NCBI RefSeq assembly: GCF_004010195.1
Contig: NC_057718.1
Coordinates: 25,051,955-25,115,954, forward strand
Length of the DNA stretch: 64,000 nt
Reading direction: 5' to 3'
From: Chiloscyllium plagiosum
Taxonomy: Eukaryota
Shown here piece after piece: positions 13,331 to 28,065 of this stretch. Made by a program: the position numbers and the translations under genes. Under the pieces are notes generated by a model. The model ran no database searches, was not told the origin of the DNA, and was given only the letters and a program-made list of their open reading frames with translations. How positions within the stretch are numbered: the stretch's first letter is position 1; every line of letters starts with the position of its first letter.

Positions 13331-15099
13331 TTCTGCCTCGATGCAGTTTCTTGGTGTGCTAACACAAAGGCCAATCAGGCTCACATGTAGTTTCCCAAAT
13401 ATAAATCTTCTGAAGAGCACTGACTTAGGCAAGTGATGGAAAAAAGGAAACAGGCATTTTTGCATCTGTTGTGGTGACTGGAAGACAAAAAGCTTCTGCA
13501 ACATGTCTCCCTTCTTGGTGAAAAAGGAAATAAAAATGTAGGCATATTGTGACATCAGCACTAACGTAGACTGATTTTACAAAAAATGAATAATGTCACT
13601 ACCTAACACTCAATGCTGTTTGCTTGAAGGATAATCTTCCTTTAATCAGATGAGTTTCAGTCACAGAGTTGTTTGCTTTAATTTGAACAGACTCTGTTTA
13701 AATATAGTCCATTTTCTTTAAGGGTGCAGAGACTGTGTCTTAAAATAGACTGCACACTGTAGGTTTGCCAGAAGTCCTACCTCACCAACTGACACAATGG
13801 TGTCAACACTTTATCAAATATTTTTTTTTAAAGTACAGGTGACTTCACGTTGTTCTCATATCCCACAATTTACATTTTTGCACTGACCAAATGCTGATAA
13901 CAGTGGAGTCTTCTCACACATAGTAGTGATAGTCTTTAAAAAACCCAATGGTGCCAGACAGAGATGTTTTTTATTGGTTTTGCTTTCAAGGCTTCATTTC
14001 CGTCTAAGCTGACAGAATCAAACAACCTTCATGTTACTGCTATGGGAACTGCAACTCTGTGGCCTTCAGCACACCTCGATTAACAACTGCAGCACCAGTT
14101 AAGTAAAAAAGGAAAGTGACGCACAGTGGTTGAGCACTGCTGTTTCAGAATCTATTAAAAGAACATAACAGCAATTACAGAAGAACCAAGTTTAGGCTAC
14201 CCCATCTGAGCTGTTGGTTGAGGCATGTTATATGATAAATAGGCCATTAGTGCAAACAGAAAACAAAACTGGAATTGATAAAAAGACAAAACAGTGCACT
14301 GTGCAATTCTAACTAATTTGCTGGACAAGGTATTGCAAAGAAGAGGAAATCAACTTTAAATCCAATTAAAAAGCAATAAAATTCATAATGGAAAACTTAA
14401 CAGCCAGCCATTAAAACTATTGTTTGAAAATGAAGTTGCTTAATTTAGCAGAAGAGAGCTACAAGATATTCATCTATTACTTTAGTAAAATATTAATACA
14501 ATTAAATTGTATTGTACAGATTGTACAGAAATTAAATCTTTCTGAATCAAAAGACTTACTTCCAAAATCTTTTGACATATCCTTCTCAGGCCAACCAAAA
14601 TGTCTAATTAAAAATGATCACAATAATTTATACTGCAGAAGAAACGGGTTGGCAAATCAGCTCTGACTGGTTGAATCTTTGGCATAGAGAATACAACAAG
14701 GAACCAAAGACTTCCCAACACTTTGGGGTAATACAAAAACAGCACAATATATTTTTTTCCATTTGTGGAGAATAGGTCCCTGCAATTTGGTAGCTCCTAG
14801 TAAATGTAATTGAGCCACGTTACAATTTTGACAGGTTATCTTAAATTGGTTGTTCAATTATTAGCATGAAGAGCCTACTGTTCCTTGTTACTTTGACAAT
14901 GGCACACAGTCACTCAGAGTCAAGCTGCCAACCAATCAGCAGCCCATATCCTCCTCAATATAAGTAACTGCATTTGTCCTGATGAATGCATGATCAAGGT
15001 TTCGTCAACATTTGAGTTGAGTGGATCAGTGCAACTATTTGCATAAATAAATTATATACCATGATAATCAACTTTTAAAGCCAATATTAAACGTCATCA

Positions 15100-16850
15100 C
15101 CCTTCTCTGAGATATACTTAATGACTGAATTGGAACGGGATCAACATCTTTGCGGGGAAATTTGCTAGTGCTACTCAGGAGGCTTTAAACCAGTGCGGGG
15201 AACGGGAACAAAACAACAGTGAGAAATAAAGGTTGGTGAGGGGAGCAAGTCAAATAGCTAAGGCATACAAGAGCTTGGCAGAGAATGAGGTAAGACTGAT
15301 AAATTAAACTGCATTTACTTCAATGCAAGAGGCCTGACAGGGAAGACAGATGAACTTACAGCATGGTTGGGAACATGGGACTGGGATATCATAGCTATTA
15401 CAGAGACAGAGCTTAGGGATGGACAGGACTGGCAGCTTAATGTTTTGGGGTATTCTAAACCAAAGATAGAAAAGGAGGCAGCGGCGGGTGAGTTGGTGGC
15501 GAGAATAATGCTTTTGGTTACGGATAACTTTATGGCTGTACTTAGGGAGGTTGTTCCTAGGAGATAATCTGGTGAAAATATATGGGTGGAACTGATAATC
15601 AAGATAGAGATGATAATCTTGTTGGGACTATAGTCCCAATAGTCAGTGGGAAATTGAGAAGCAAATATGTAAGGAGATCTCATATATCTGTAAGAATAAT
15701 AGGGTTGTAATGGCAGCGGATTTTAACTTTCCATAAACTAGGACTGTCATAACATTGAGGGCTTGGATGGCGAGAAATCTGTTAAGCATATACAAGAAAA
15801 CTTTCTTATTCAAGTATGTGGATGTACCTGCTACCGAAGGAGCAATATTTGCCCTCACTTATTTCCCAACAGATAGTCAAGTGATGAGATATCAATGGGG
15901 GAGCACTTTGCTGTCAGTAATCCAATTCCCTGAGCTTTAAAATGTAAATAATTCAGATATGAATATAGGAGGTATGGTTAATAAGTTTGCAGGTGACACA
16001 AAAATGTAGTGTAGTGGACAGTGAAGATTACCATCTCAGTGTACAACAGGACCTTAATCAAATGGGCCAACGGGATGAGGAGTGGCAGATAGAGTTTAAT
16101 TTAGATAAATATGAGATGTTGCATTTCAGTAAGGCAACCCAGGGCAGGACTTATACAGTTAATAGTAGGACACTATGGCCTGTTACCGAACAAAGAAAAC
16201 TCGGGGTGCAGGTGTACAGTTCATTGAACGTGGAGTCAGAAGTAGACAGGGTGGTGAAACATCATGTTGCATGTGTAAAGGACATTGGTAAGGCCACTTT
16301 TAGAATACGGCATATAACTCTGGTCGCCCTTCTATAGGAAAGATGTTGTTAAATTTAAGAGGGTGCAGAAAAGATCTACATGGATGTTACTAGGACTAGA
16401 GGGTTTCTGTTCTATGGAGACTGAATAGGCAGTGGTTTCTCTCCCCTGGAGCATTGGAGGCAGAGGGAGACCTTAAAGAGGTACATAAAATCATGAAGGA
16501 CATGGAATAGGGTGAATTGCCAAGGTCTTTTTCCGAGGGTAGGGGAGTCCAAAACTATAGGGCATAGGTTTAAGGTGAGAGAGGCAAGATTTAAAAAGGA
16601 CCGGAGGTATAACTTGTTCACACAGTGGGTGATGAGTGTACGGAAGGAGCTGCCAGAGGAAGTGTGGAGGGTACAAATCACACATTATGAATGTAACATT
16701 TAAAAGACATCTGGATGGGCATATGCATGGGAATGGTTCAGGGGAATTTGGGCTAAACGCTGGCAAATGGGACTGGGTCAGATAGGAATGTCTGGTCAGT
16801 GCAGATGAATTGGACCAAAGGGTCTGTTTCCGTGCTGTATGATTGTGTAT
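15100..16850 (+). mobile_element. CR1 LINE, internally deleted
   Basis: YFNARGL..WDWDIIAITET endonuclease start, RT C-terminal motifs and CR1 tail. Confidence 0.85.
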
Positions 16851-18230
16851 TTTTTATTCATTTACGAGATGTGTGCTTCATTAGCTGGACACAATCTAGC
16901 TGTCCCCAAAATGGTGGGGAGCTGCGTTCTTGAACTACTGCACTGTATTTGGTGTAGGTAAGCTTACAATACTGTTAGGAAGAGTGCTCCAGTTCCAGGA
17001 TTTTCACTCAGCCACATTGCAGGAATTGCAATACATTTCCAAGTCAGATTACAGAGTAGCTTGGAGGAAAGTTTGTAGGTGTTCTTGTCCTTCTAGATAA
17101 TAGTGGTAGTGGGTTTGGAAGGTTCTGTATCAGGAACCTTATTGCTGCAATGCATCTTGTCAGTGGCACAGACTGTTGTCACTGTACTATAATGGTGGAG
17201 AGAGTGACTGTGTAAACAGTGCCAAATCAAGCAGGCACTGGATAGATGGTATCAAGCTTCTTGGAGCTGCATTCATTGAACCAATGGGAAAACTCCATTG
17301 CACACCTCACTGTGCACTGTAGATGGTGGACACTGTTACTCACTGCAGGATTCAACCTCTTACCTGCTCAAATAGCCACTATATTTATAGGTTACTTCAG
17401 TTCAATTTCTAGTCCAAGGTAAAACTCAGGATGTTGATACCGGGAGATTCAACAATGGCAATACAAAGATTGTCAAGGGGCAATGGTCTGATTCCCTCTT
17501 GGTGGACATGGTCATTGCTTGGCACTTGGGTAGTGTCAATGTATCTTGTCAAATGTCAGCCCAAGTCTGGATACTGTCCAAGTCTTGCTACATTTTGAAC
17601 ACAGACTGCTTCAGTATCTGAGGAGGTCTGAATGGTGCTGAACATTGTGCAGTAATCAGTGAACATTTCCACTCCTGACCTTATGATGGAGGGAAGGTCG
17701 TTGATGAAACAGCTGAAAATGTCCAAAGCTGAGATGACTGACCTCTAACAACCGCAACAATCTTACTTTGTACTTGGCAGGATTCTAATCGATGGAGAGT
17801 TTTCACCAATTCTCATTGATTCTAGTTTTGTTTGAGTTCAGTGATGCCACACCTATACAAATGCGATCTTGACATCAAGGGCAATCATGCTCCTCTCTGG
17901 AGTTCATCATTTTTGTTCATGTCAGTACCAATGCTGTAACAAGGTCAGAATTCAATGAGCATCAGTAAGCTAATGCTATTCAAGTGCTGTTTGGTAGCAT
18001 TCTTAATGATCAAGAGTGTGCTGATGCGTTAACAATTGACTGGGTTGAGTCTGCTCTATTCTCTGTGTACAACCCATATCCAGACAATGGTATTTACACA
18101 GCAATATGGAACAATGTTATAGCTGTACTGGAACAGCTAGGCTTGGGATGTGTCAAGTTTTGGAGCACACATTTTCAGTCATATTGCTAGAATGTCAGGG
18201 TTTTTGCAGTGAACAGTGCCTCAGGTGGTC
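16850..18230 (-). mobile_element. Old non-CR1 LINE, 3' part (clade unassigned)
   Basis: Same family as 1540-2250 and 36010-38630; decayed RT. Confidence 0.6.
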
Positions 18231-18485
18231 AAAGTATTCTTCTGACAGGTTTTGAAGTACAAACATTCTTCGATTCAACTAAGATTTCTGTAGGTGCTTG
18301 TTTGGTCTTATAGGCAGACAGCTGCTTCCATGCCCCAATGAGTTACTGAAAAACGTGTTACATAAAGTTTAAACCAGTTACAGATTCAGTGTCATGCATG
18401 CATTCCACACAACATGGCATCAACATAACCACAATAGCCACTTCAGACAAACAGTCATTTTGCTTTCTGTAGATTGTAGGAGTAC

Positions 18486-18689
18486 CTGGCATGATGCTGC
18501 TTCCTGGCTCATTTTCAGGCAAGGTAAGTTCACCCAAGCCAGAGCGAGGTCCAGATCCCAGAAAACGAATGTCATTAGCCACCTTCATCAAACTGCAGGC
18601 AACAACGTTCATGGCGCCACTCAGCTCAACCAAGGCGTCATGTGCAGCAAGAGCTTCAAACTTATTAGGCGCAGTCACAAATGGTAAAC
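18486..18689 (-). CDS. FH: Fumarate hydratase exon 7
   Basis: (G)[67 protein letters not shown](G); 204 nt; first half of the fumarate lyase signature GSSxMPxKxNP. Confidence 0.98.
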
Positions 18690-19419
18690 CTGAAATAAAA
18701 CAAAGGCAAATTTATTTTCTGTCACTGGTTTGCACTAGCTTAGTTTACCACCTGCCACTTGGGCTATAAGCATACATTCTGATGTGTACTGAATACCACC
18801 TATTGCCAGCATAACTTCAGAAAACCCAAATATTTCACCGTACAAAAGATAATGATGGTCCTGCCATCATTTGACAGCTTGATCCCACTGAACACAGATT
18901 TACCTCTTACTAATCAAAGCAAGATTGGTTTTGTTTTACTGTGAACCAGAGGTGCAGGGATGTTATTTTTAAACACAGGACAGCTGGAGAAAAGGAACAG
19001 AAAAATAGCAAAGACAAAAAAAACGATTAAATACTTAGATTATCCCAAGAAGGAAATGTCTAATAACAATCTCAGTGTTTAACTTGTCAGAATTCAGTCT
19101 ACTTTTCTAATTTTGTTAATCATTACTACCTCAAAATAAATGAGACAAAAATGCTGTGGCAGGATGTATCTAACACAGGTAACCACATTGTTGATATATA
19201 TTATTCAATATGCATTGATAATGTAGAATGGAGCCCTCATACACGAGGTACACTAAATCAATCACCACCCAAAAGAGGAAAATAAAAGAGATTAATGCCT
19301 CTGAAAGCCCCATGCATTTTTTTGTGTTTTTAATTCAGACTTTCATTTGTGTGGTTTCTTTTCAGCTATTTCAATAGTGAATGTTAGATTTGTTTGCCTC
19401 ACACAATGTGTCTACAAAT

Positions 19420-21570
19420 AAAAGAATAATAGAAATAGGAGAGGCCTGTTCTACCATTCATCAAGATCATGATTAATCTGCCCTAGGCCTGGACTCCCCT
19501 GTTCTGGTAGCCCAAAGCTTTCAGGTTCCTCATATTCAAAAATCTACCTCTTCTTTAAATACTTTCAATGATCTAACCTCCACAATTCTGGGGAAAAGAA
19601 TTCTAGGCATTCACTAGCCTCTGAAAGAAGAAATTCTTTAGCATCTCAGTTTTAAAATGAGGGTCTCCTTATTCTGTAAGCTCCCAGCTAGAGATCACCT
19701 CACTCATGGGAATATCTTCTCAGCATCTACCATGACCAGCCCCCTCAAAAGCTTGTATGTTTTGATAAGATCACCCTCACTCTTCTAAACCTTCATGAAT
19801 AAAGACCAAACCTTTTTAGCCATTCTTGATAAGTCATGTGTTCATCCAGGGAATCAGTCTAGTAATCCTTTTTGAACAACCTACTGTGCCAGTAAATCCT
19901 TGATTAAATACAGGAACCAAATATAGGATGCTTGGGGCTTTCAGAGGCATTAATCTCTTTTTTTTCCTCTTTTGTGTGGTGATTGATTTAGTGTACCTCT
20001 TGTATGAAGGCTCCATTCTACATGATCAATGCATATTGATTAAGGTATATCAGTCCTCCAAGTGTGACCTCACCAACACTCCTTGTTTAAAACTCAGATC
20101 CCCAGCCATAAAGGTCAAAGGCCTATTTGCCTTCTTAATTATTTGCTGCATCTGCATGCTAACTTTTTGCGTAACAAGCACAAAATATCTAAAATCTGCT
20201 GTGGTGCAGTTTTTTTTTGGAGGCTCTTTTCAATTTAATAATAGGCTGCAATATGATTCTTCCTAGTAAAGTGCATGACCTCACATTTTCCAATGTGAAA
20301 CTTTAATCTGCCAAGTTTTTGTCCATTCACTCAACCTCTCTCTGTCCCCTTACAGATTCTTTATGTCCTCATCACAACATGCCTTCCCACTATTTTTGTA
20401 CTGTTATCAATTTTGGTCACATTGTAATCTGCCCCTCTTCCAAGTCATTAACATTGATAGTACATAATTGAGGCCGTAGGCATAATTCTTGAGGCAATCC
20501 ACCAGTTAAGTCTTTCCAAACTGAAAAAGACTAATTAATCCCAGTCCTTTGTCATTTGTTATGTTAGTCCGGGCTAATACATTACTCCCAATACTACAAG
20601 CTCCTTTCTTGTGCAATAGCCTTTTACGAAGCAGCTTGTTGAATGCCTTCTGAGAATACAAATACACTAGAAACACTGGTTCCCCTTTATCATGTTGCTT
20701 GTTATATTCTCAAGTAACTCTAGCAAATTTGCCAAACATGGTTTTGTGAAATGGTAACCATGTTGACTCTAATGGATTGTGTTAAACCTTTCTAAGTACT
20801 CTGCTATTTCTTCCTTAACATAGGACTCTAGAATTATTGCAACAGGTATTCTGCTACCTGACCCATAGTCTCCAGTCTCCTTCCCTTTTTTGAACAGGGG
20901 CATCACATTTACAGTTTTCCAATCTGCTGGAACCCTTGGTTGCAAGGCATCAGGTCCTGACAACATTCCTACCTTTAGTTTCAATACTTTTTCCTGGTGA
21001 ACAAAGTTAAAAATCACACAACACCAGGTTATAGTCCAACAGGTTTATTTGGAAGCACTAGCTTTCGGAGCACTGCTCCTTCAACAGCAGCGGACCAAAT
21101 GCTAGTGCTTCCAAATAAACCTGTTGGACTATAACCTGGTGTTGTGTGATTTTTAACTTTGTACATCCCAGTCCAACACCAGCACCTCCAAATCATGACT
21201 TTTCCAGGTGATACAGACTGTTACAAGAGCTTTCCTCCCCATTGTAAACACTCCAAAAAGATAATAAGGTGTCAAGGCTCCTACAATTAGCTATTCTCTT
21301 TCTTTTCATATAACCATAGAAGTTTTTATTCTTTGTTTTCATATTTCTTGTCAACTTACTTTATAATCAATTTTCTCTCTCATTAATTTCTTTTTTGGTT
21401 GTCCACTCCTGGTATCTAAAAAATTTCCAACTTTCTGACCGAACACTGGTTTCTGCTATTTGTATAGTTTACTTTTTGGTTGAATACTCTCCTTAACAGT
21501 CTTTGATAACCACAGGTGGCTCATCATTCTTATAGAGTCCTTCTTTTTGCTTCAAATAGATTTTTGCTGA
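19420..21570 (-). mobile_element. Old CR1 LINE, decayed, with two insertions
   Basis: VPADWKTVNVMPLFKKG motif and CR1 tail at ~19425; interrupted at ~19925-20045 and ~21000-21197. Confidence 0.75.
21000..21197. mobile_element. Palindromic short Penelope-derived element (family C) with hammerhead remnant
   Basis: acaaagttaaaaatcacacaacaccaggttatagtccaacaggtttatttggaagcactagc (21001-21062) is perfectly inverted at ~21101-21162. Imperfect TSD cttttcc(t/a)ggtga. Confidence 0.75.
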
Positions 21571-21652
21571 GCATGACAGAAAACAGTAAGATGGAATTGC
21601 ATCATCAGTAAAGGTTACAGCATAGGTTACTGTGTATAATGATGTATCTGAC

Positions 21653-21818
21653 CTGTGAGCTCTGAGACTTTGGCAGCCACCTTCTCCGCGAACCCTATTC
21701 TTGTGTTCAATCCTGTTCCCACTGCAGTCCCACCAGCGGCTAACTCATATATTCTTGGCAGTGCAGCCTTAATCCGTTCCATACTATATTTTATCTGCTG
21801 TACATAGCCACTAAACTC
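21653..21818 (-). CDS. FH: Fumarate hydratase exon 6
   Basis: [55 protein letters not shown](G); 166 nt; AG/GT flanks. Confidence 0.98.
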
Positions 21819-22119
21819 CTAAATATGAAGAAACAGAATAGACAGTGAATTTCAATCAATATTTTAAAGCAAAAATTCAGTCAATTTGAAAAACTATTTC
21901 ACAGGAGGACACCATTGTCACAGTACTTTGAGAGCACTTTTTTTTTCTAAAGACTAGTTTAGCAAACTAACCTTGACAGTGGTGTTTCAAGTCCACAGAG
22001 ATTGGTGAGAATGATGGCTTTCTTTCACTTGAGTGATCTCAGTCCATTTCTTGGCATGAGACTCAACCCAAAATTGGCCACAATTTTCCACAAATTAGTA
22101 TTTTGACTCCAAGAAGCAG

Positions 22120-22405
22120 TAAGTACTGCTAGTTCTGGGGACCTGGGTTCAAATCCTGTCATGGTAGATGGTGGAATTTGAATTCAGTCAAGACTGGGAT
22201 TAAGGGTCTAATAATGACCATGAAACCATTGCCAATTGTCACTAATGTCCTTTCAGGATGGAACCTGTCATCTTTACCTTGTCTGGCCTAACTGTGACTC
22301 TAAACCCACTGCAATTTGGTTGATTCTTAACTGCCTGCTGGGTAATTAGGAATGAGCAATAAATGCTGGCATTGTCAGAGATGCCCACATGAGTAAATAA
22401 AAAAC
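22120..22405 (+). mobile_element. tRNA-derived SINE sharing its 3' tail with the old LINE family
   Basis: B box gggttcaaatcc; body ccttg/gtctggccta..tgtgactc; tail gcaataaatgctggc..cccacat..aataaaaa; second copy at 29397-29730. Confidence 0.7.
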
Positions 22406-23526
22406 GTTTCTGGAGGCAGAAGGGTGGAGTGGGAAGAGAGACGTCTACAACAATTAAACTGTGCTGAATTTTACATTAATGCACAATGCTACAACACAGC
22501 AGAAACAGCTTCAGACAAGACATTTATAAAATTTAACGAGAGATTATTTGGTAATGAAACTGGGTGCTTAAATGGGTAAATATTCATCAGCACTATTATC
22601 CCTTGCATGATTGAAAAAAACAAATAGTTTCTCTCCAACTCTGTAGACAGATGCACCAAATAATTTCAGTTTAATAGCTACAGAATGGAAATTAAGCCCC
22701 ACTTTCACTTTAATTGTGTTCTTCAATCAATTAGCCACTAGTTACACACAGCTAAATGGGAATTATGGTATGGATAACTGCATTTTTGATTAGCAAATAG
22801 AAAATGAATAATAAGCACTATTGTTGGGTATATGATCTCAATACTCATATTTGCACAACATTTGCGTACTTTAACCTTTGATTTGTTGACAAGGTGAAAA
22901 GCAAAGTGTGTTTTCATCCGTTGTGTGCTTTCCTTCTTTGTTGATTATTTTTAGCAATTCATCAATAAGCAATGAGTAACACCATTGAAAACAGCAAACT
23001 TCAACACCATGGGAACACTAGCAACATAAGGAGATGGGTGCCAGATTGATGCATCAGAATAATAATGTCAGTGGGACAAGGCAAGTCCAAACAATAATGA
23101 GCATCTACAAGAAATAGCCACACCGTACAAATGTACGAACAAACCTCATGGACTCAACAATTGAATCCCTTGCCATTCAGACTTCTGCCCCTGCCAGATA
23201 GAAATTGCCTTTATCAAAGTCACAAAGGACACCCTACAGAGCTGAGACATTGATAGGAAATGCCCCTCATTCATTTTAATCCATCTGCAGCATTTGACAG
23301 GAGGACCACAACTTGCTCTTCCTCAAAGTCTCTACTGTCATCCAATTGGGTGGGAGCGCACTTAAGCTTGATTACATTCTAATTGATCTAACCACATGAA
23401 ATAATGTATTTGTTTGCTCTCACAGTTATTTCTGGTAGACCCCCAAGATCAGTCCTTTATTCTTCCCATTTCTCATCTACAGATTGCCCTTCGGCAGCAC
23501 CATGTGAAATACACAGGAATAGTTTT

Positions 23527-25925
23527 CATAGAACATAGAACAATACAGCGCAGAATAGGCCCTTCGGACCTCCATGTTGCACCAACCTGTGAACTATTCT
23601 CAGCTCGTCCCCCTACACTATCCCATCACCATCCATGTGCTTATCCAAGGATTGTTTAAACCTCCCTAAGGTGGCTGAGTTAACTACGTTAGCAGGTAGG
23701 GCATTCCACGCCCTTACCATTCTCTGTGTAAACAACCTGCCTCTAACATCTGTCTTAAATCTATCACCCCTCAACTTGTAGTTATGCCCCCTCGTACAAG
23801 CTGACGTCATCATCACAGGAAAGAACTTTCACTGTCTACCCTATCTAATTGTCTGATCATCTTGTATGTCTCTATCAAATCCCCACTTAGCCTTCTTCTT
23901 TCCAATGAGAACAGATCCAAATCTCTCAGCCTTTCCTCATAAAATCTTCCCTCCAGACCAGGTAACATCCTGGTAAATCTCCTCTGCACCTTTTCCAATG
24001 TTTCCAAATCCTTCCCGAAATATGGCGACCAGAACCGTACACAATATTCCTAATGTGGCTGCACTAGCGTTTTGTATAGCTGCAGCATGACATGCGGCTC
24101 CGGAACTCAATTCCTCTACCAATGAATCCTAACACACCATATGCCTTCTTAACAGCACTATCAACCTGGGTGGCAACTTTCAGGGATCTACGTACATGGG
24201 CTCCAAGATCCCTCTGCACATCAACACTACCAAGAATCTTTCCATTGACCCAGTACTCTGCATTCCTGTTATTCTTCCCAAAGTGCATCACCAAGTATTT
24301 GGCTGCATTGAACTCCATTTGCCACCTCTCAGTCCAATTCTGCAGTTTGTCCAAGTCCCCCTGCAACCTGTAACATTCTTCCAAACTGTCCACTACTCCA
24401 TTGACTTCAGTGTCATCTGCAAATTTACTAATCCATCCACCTGTGCCTGCGTCTAAGTCATTTATAAAAATGACAAACAGCAGTGGTCCCAAAACAGATC
24501 CTTGCGGCACACCACTAGTAACTGGATTCCAGGTTGAATATTCTCCATCAACCACCATTTGCTGCCTTCTTTCAGAAAGCCAGTTTCTAATCCAAACTGC
24601 TAAATCACTCTCAATCCCATGCCTCTGCATTTTCTCCAACAGCCTACCATGTGGAAACTTATCAAAGGCTTTACTGAAGTCCATGTATACCATGTCAACT
24701 GCCCTACCCTCATCTACGTGCTTGGGTCACCTTCTCAAAAAACTCAATGAAGTTTGTGTGACATGACCTGCCCTTAACGAAACCATGTTGACCATCTGAA
24801 ATCAAATTGTTGCTTGCTAGATGATTATAAATCTTATCTCTTACAATCCTTTCCAAAACCTTTCCTACAACAGAAGTAAGGCTCAATGGTCTATAATTAC
24901 CTGGGTCATCTCTACTGCCCTTCATGAACAAGGACACACCATTTGCAATCCCCCAGTCCTCTGGTACTAAACCTGTAGACAATGATGACTCAAATATCAA
25001 AGCCAAAGGCTCTGCTATCTCCTCCCTAGCTTCCCAGAGAATCCTCGGATAAATCCCATCCGGCCCAGGGGACTTGTCTACTTTCACTCCTCCTAGAATT
25101 GAAAACACCTATTTGTAACTAACCTCATTCCTTTCTAGTCTAATATCTCGTACCTCATTCTTCTCCTCTACAATATTCTCTTTTTCCTGAGTGAAAACCA
25201 ATAAGAAATGTTCGTTTAGCACCTCTCCGATCTCCAACGGGTCCACACTCAACTTCCCACTCCTGTTTTTGATTGGCCCTATTCCTACCCTAACCATCCT
25301 TTTATTCCTCACATACCTATAGAAAGCGTTCGGGTTCTCCTTTATTCTATTTGTTGAAGACTGCTCGAGTCCTCTCTTTGCTCTTCTTAACTATTTCTTT
25401 AAATCCTTCCTCGCTGATCTGTAACTCTCCGTCACCTCAGCTGAACCATCTTGCCTCATCAACACATGAGCCTCCTTCTTCTGCTTAACAAGAGATTCAA
25501 TTTCTGTAGTAAACCACGGTTCCCTTACCTTATCATTTCCTCCCTGCCTGACAGGGACATACCTATCAAGGACACGCAATATCTGTTCCTTAAACCAGCT
25601 CCACATTTTCATTGTCTGCAACCCCTGTATTTTGCTACCCCATTCTATGCATCCTAATTCTTGCCTAATCGCATTATAATTGCCCTTGCCCCATCGATAA
25701 CTCTTGACCTGTGGCATGTACCTATCACTTTCCATCGCTAAACTAAACGTAACTGAATTATGGTCACTCTATCCAAAGTGCTCTCCTATAACTAAATCAA
25801 ACACCTGGTCTGGTTCATTACCAAGCACCAGATCCACTGTGGCCTCCCCTCTTGTCGGCCCTTTGACATACTGTGTCAGAAAAGACTCCTGTATACATTG
25901 GACAAAAACTTGTCCATCTGACATC
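23527..25925 (-). mobile_element. CR1 LINE, relatively young, 5'-truncated ORF2
   Basis: [50 protein letters not shown] motifs; (ttctatg)n tail. Flanked by decayed L2-like sequence (~23050-23500, ~25930-26870). Confidence 0.95.
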
Positions 25926-26050
25926 ATAGGAACTCTGACAATACCCAATGATGCCTCACCATCATCTTTCTTAACCTCTGCGAGTAAAACAATCTTACTG
26001 CTTGTTCAACATCCAATCATGGTTTAGATGAAATTGTCTCCAAACAAATA

Positions 26051-26189
26051 CAGGATCTCAATTATCCGAACGAAGCTGGCAGGGAGTATTTTGTTTGGAT
26101 AACTGATCATGTTTTTACGGGACTTTAATATCTTGTTTGGATAATCCAAAATTTGGATAACTGACGTTCAGATAACCAAAGTTGTTCTG
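26051..26189. mobile_element. Small Tigger/Tc1-mariner-like MITE
   Basis: TA|CAG...CTG|TA ends with imperfect inverted termini (ttatccgaac / gttcagataa) and repeated ggataa motifs. Confidence 0.5.
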
Positions 26190-27102
26190 TACTGGGGAGA
26201 TCAAAACCACTGCCTTTGGTTCCCGCCAACTGCTCACTAGTCACTAACTGCAGACTTCATTGGTAATGATCTGAGGCTGAAGCACATTGTTTACAGCCTT
26301 TGCATCATGTATAACTCTGAAATGCACCATAACCAAAACTGCATTATTTTTTCTCTGTAATATCACCCACCTCTTCCTCTGCCTCAGGTTATCTGTTGCC
26401 AAAGCCTTCATCCATGTCTTTGTTACCTCTTGACATACTTATTCCAACGCACCCTTAGCCATAATTCATCTTCTCCTGTCAATAAAACTGAGGTCATTCA
26501 AACCTCTGCTGCCCATATCCTAACTGGCACCTGTGCTTGCTAATCTATATAGCTTTGGTTCTTTGTTTTAAAATCCATTACTTCAATCATCCCTGTATGT
26601 ATAACCTCTTCTAGCTCTGCAACTCTCCAAGTCCAATTCTGGACTCTTGAGCATCTGGGACGTTAATCGTTGCAAAGATGATGCTCTTGTGCTCAGTTCC
26701 CAAAATTCTAATTCACTCCCTGCCTCCTCTTGCTCCTTAAATCAATCTTTGACCAAATGTTTGGTTGCTAATATGTGATTCTGCGTCCAAGTGTTTTATA
26801 ATGCTCTTGTGAAGCATCTTGGTCCATTTTACTCAGCTGAAAAGGCACACCGTAAATAGAAGTTGCCTGATAAATTCATGCCAGATTTCAAACTCTAGTG
26901 GAAGGAAATGGAGTGAAATTGAACTTCAGTGGAACCACAAAGTGGGCAACAGCAGATTAGCAAGCCATTTTACACCTGGTTCGACTTTCTTTACAATGGA
27001 TCCCGGCTAAATAAAAATACACATGAAATAACTTTGTTGCGCCTCCAACAAGGTGTCTCGTACCATGTCAGTCCTCGCAGCTAGTCAGTCGTTTCAACAA
27101 AC

Positions 27103-27262
27103 ATGTGCAGGTTAGGTGAACTGGCCACGCTAAATTGCCCATAGTGTTGGGTGAAGGGGTAAACGTAGGGGAATGGGTCTGGGTGGGTTGCTCTTCGGAG
27201 GGTCTGTGTGGACTGGTTGGGCCGAAGGGCCTATTTCCACTCTGTAAGTAATCTAATCTAAA
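27103..27262 (+). mobile_element. HE1 SINE, 3' half
   Basis: atgtgcaggttaggtgaactggccacgctaaattgcc...gggccgaagggcct, ending in (aatct)n. Confidence 0.8.
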
Positions 27263-27846
27263 AAAAACTGAAAACCAACACTACAGTCACAGTTGCAGAG
27301 AGCTGCTCCGTCATTAAAGAGACACACGAGGTTATCTACACCTGAAGCAAGGGGAGAGGTTGAGAAGACATGACCTTTATGATGAACTCAGGCAAGAGTG
27401 AGAGCTGAACCTGTGCTGCTGGCATCATTTTGCATCACAAAATAGCCATGCAGCCAACAGAACTAACCAACTCCCCACCTAGTGAGCTAATGACAAAATA
27501 ATATTGACTTTAACTTTATGGACAGATCAGTGACACAGTACGTGGATAGACCAATCCAGGCTGAAGAGTCTTTCCTACTACATCCCACATTGTGAGCCTC
27601 AGATTTCAGTGGTGCAGTCCAAAGAGCATCAAACAGAAGAAACTGTTCACATGGACTGGCCAAACATGTTAAAGAATCCCACCAAAAACATATGTTTTTC
27701 TCCCCAGAAGTAAGCTGACCTAACGGGCCTTATAAGAATTTATCTTTTTTCTAAAAGGGATAGACTCAAAATCTTCATACTGTACCTCTCTCTATGTTTT
27801 ATCATAATAGTGAGAATTCATACCACTTTGAACAGGTTTTCTCTCA

Positions 27847-28065
<219 letters not shown>

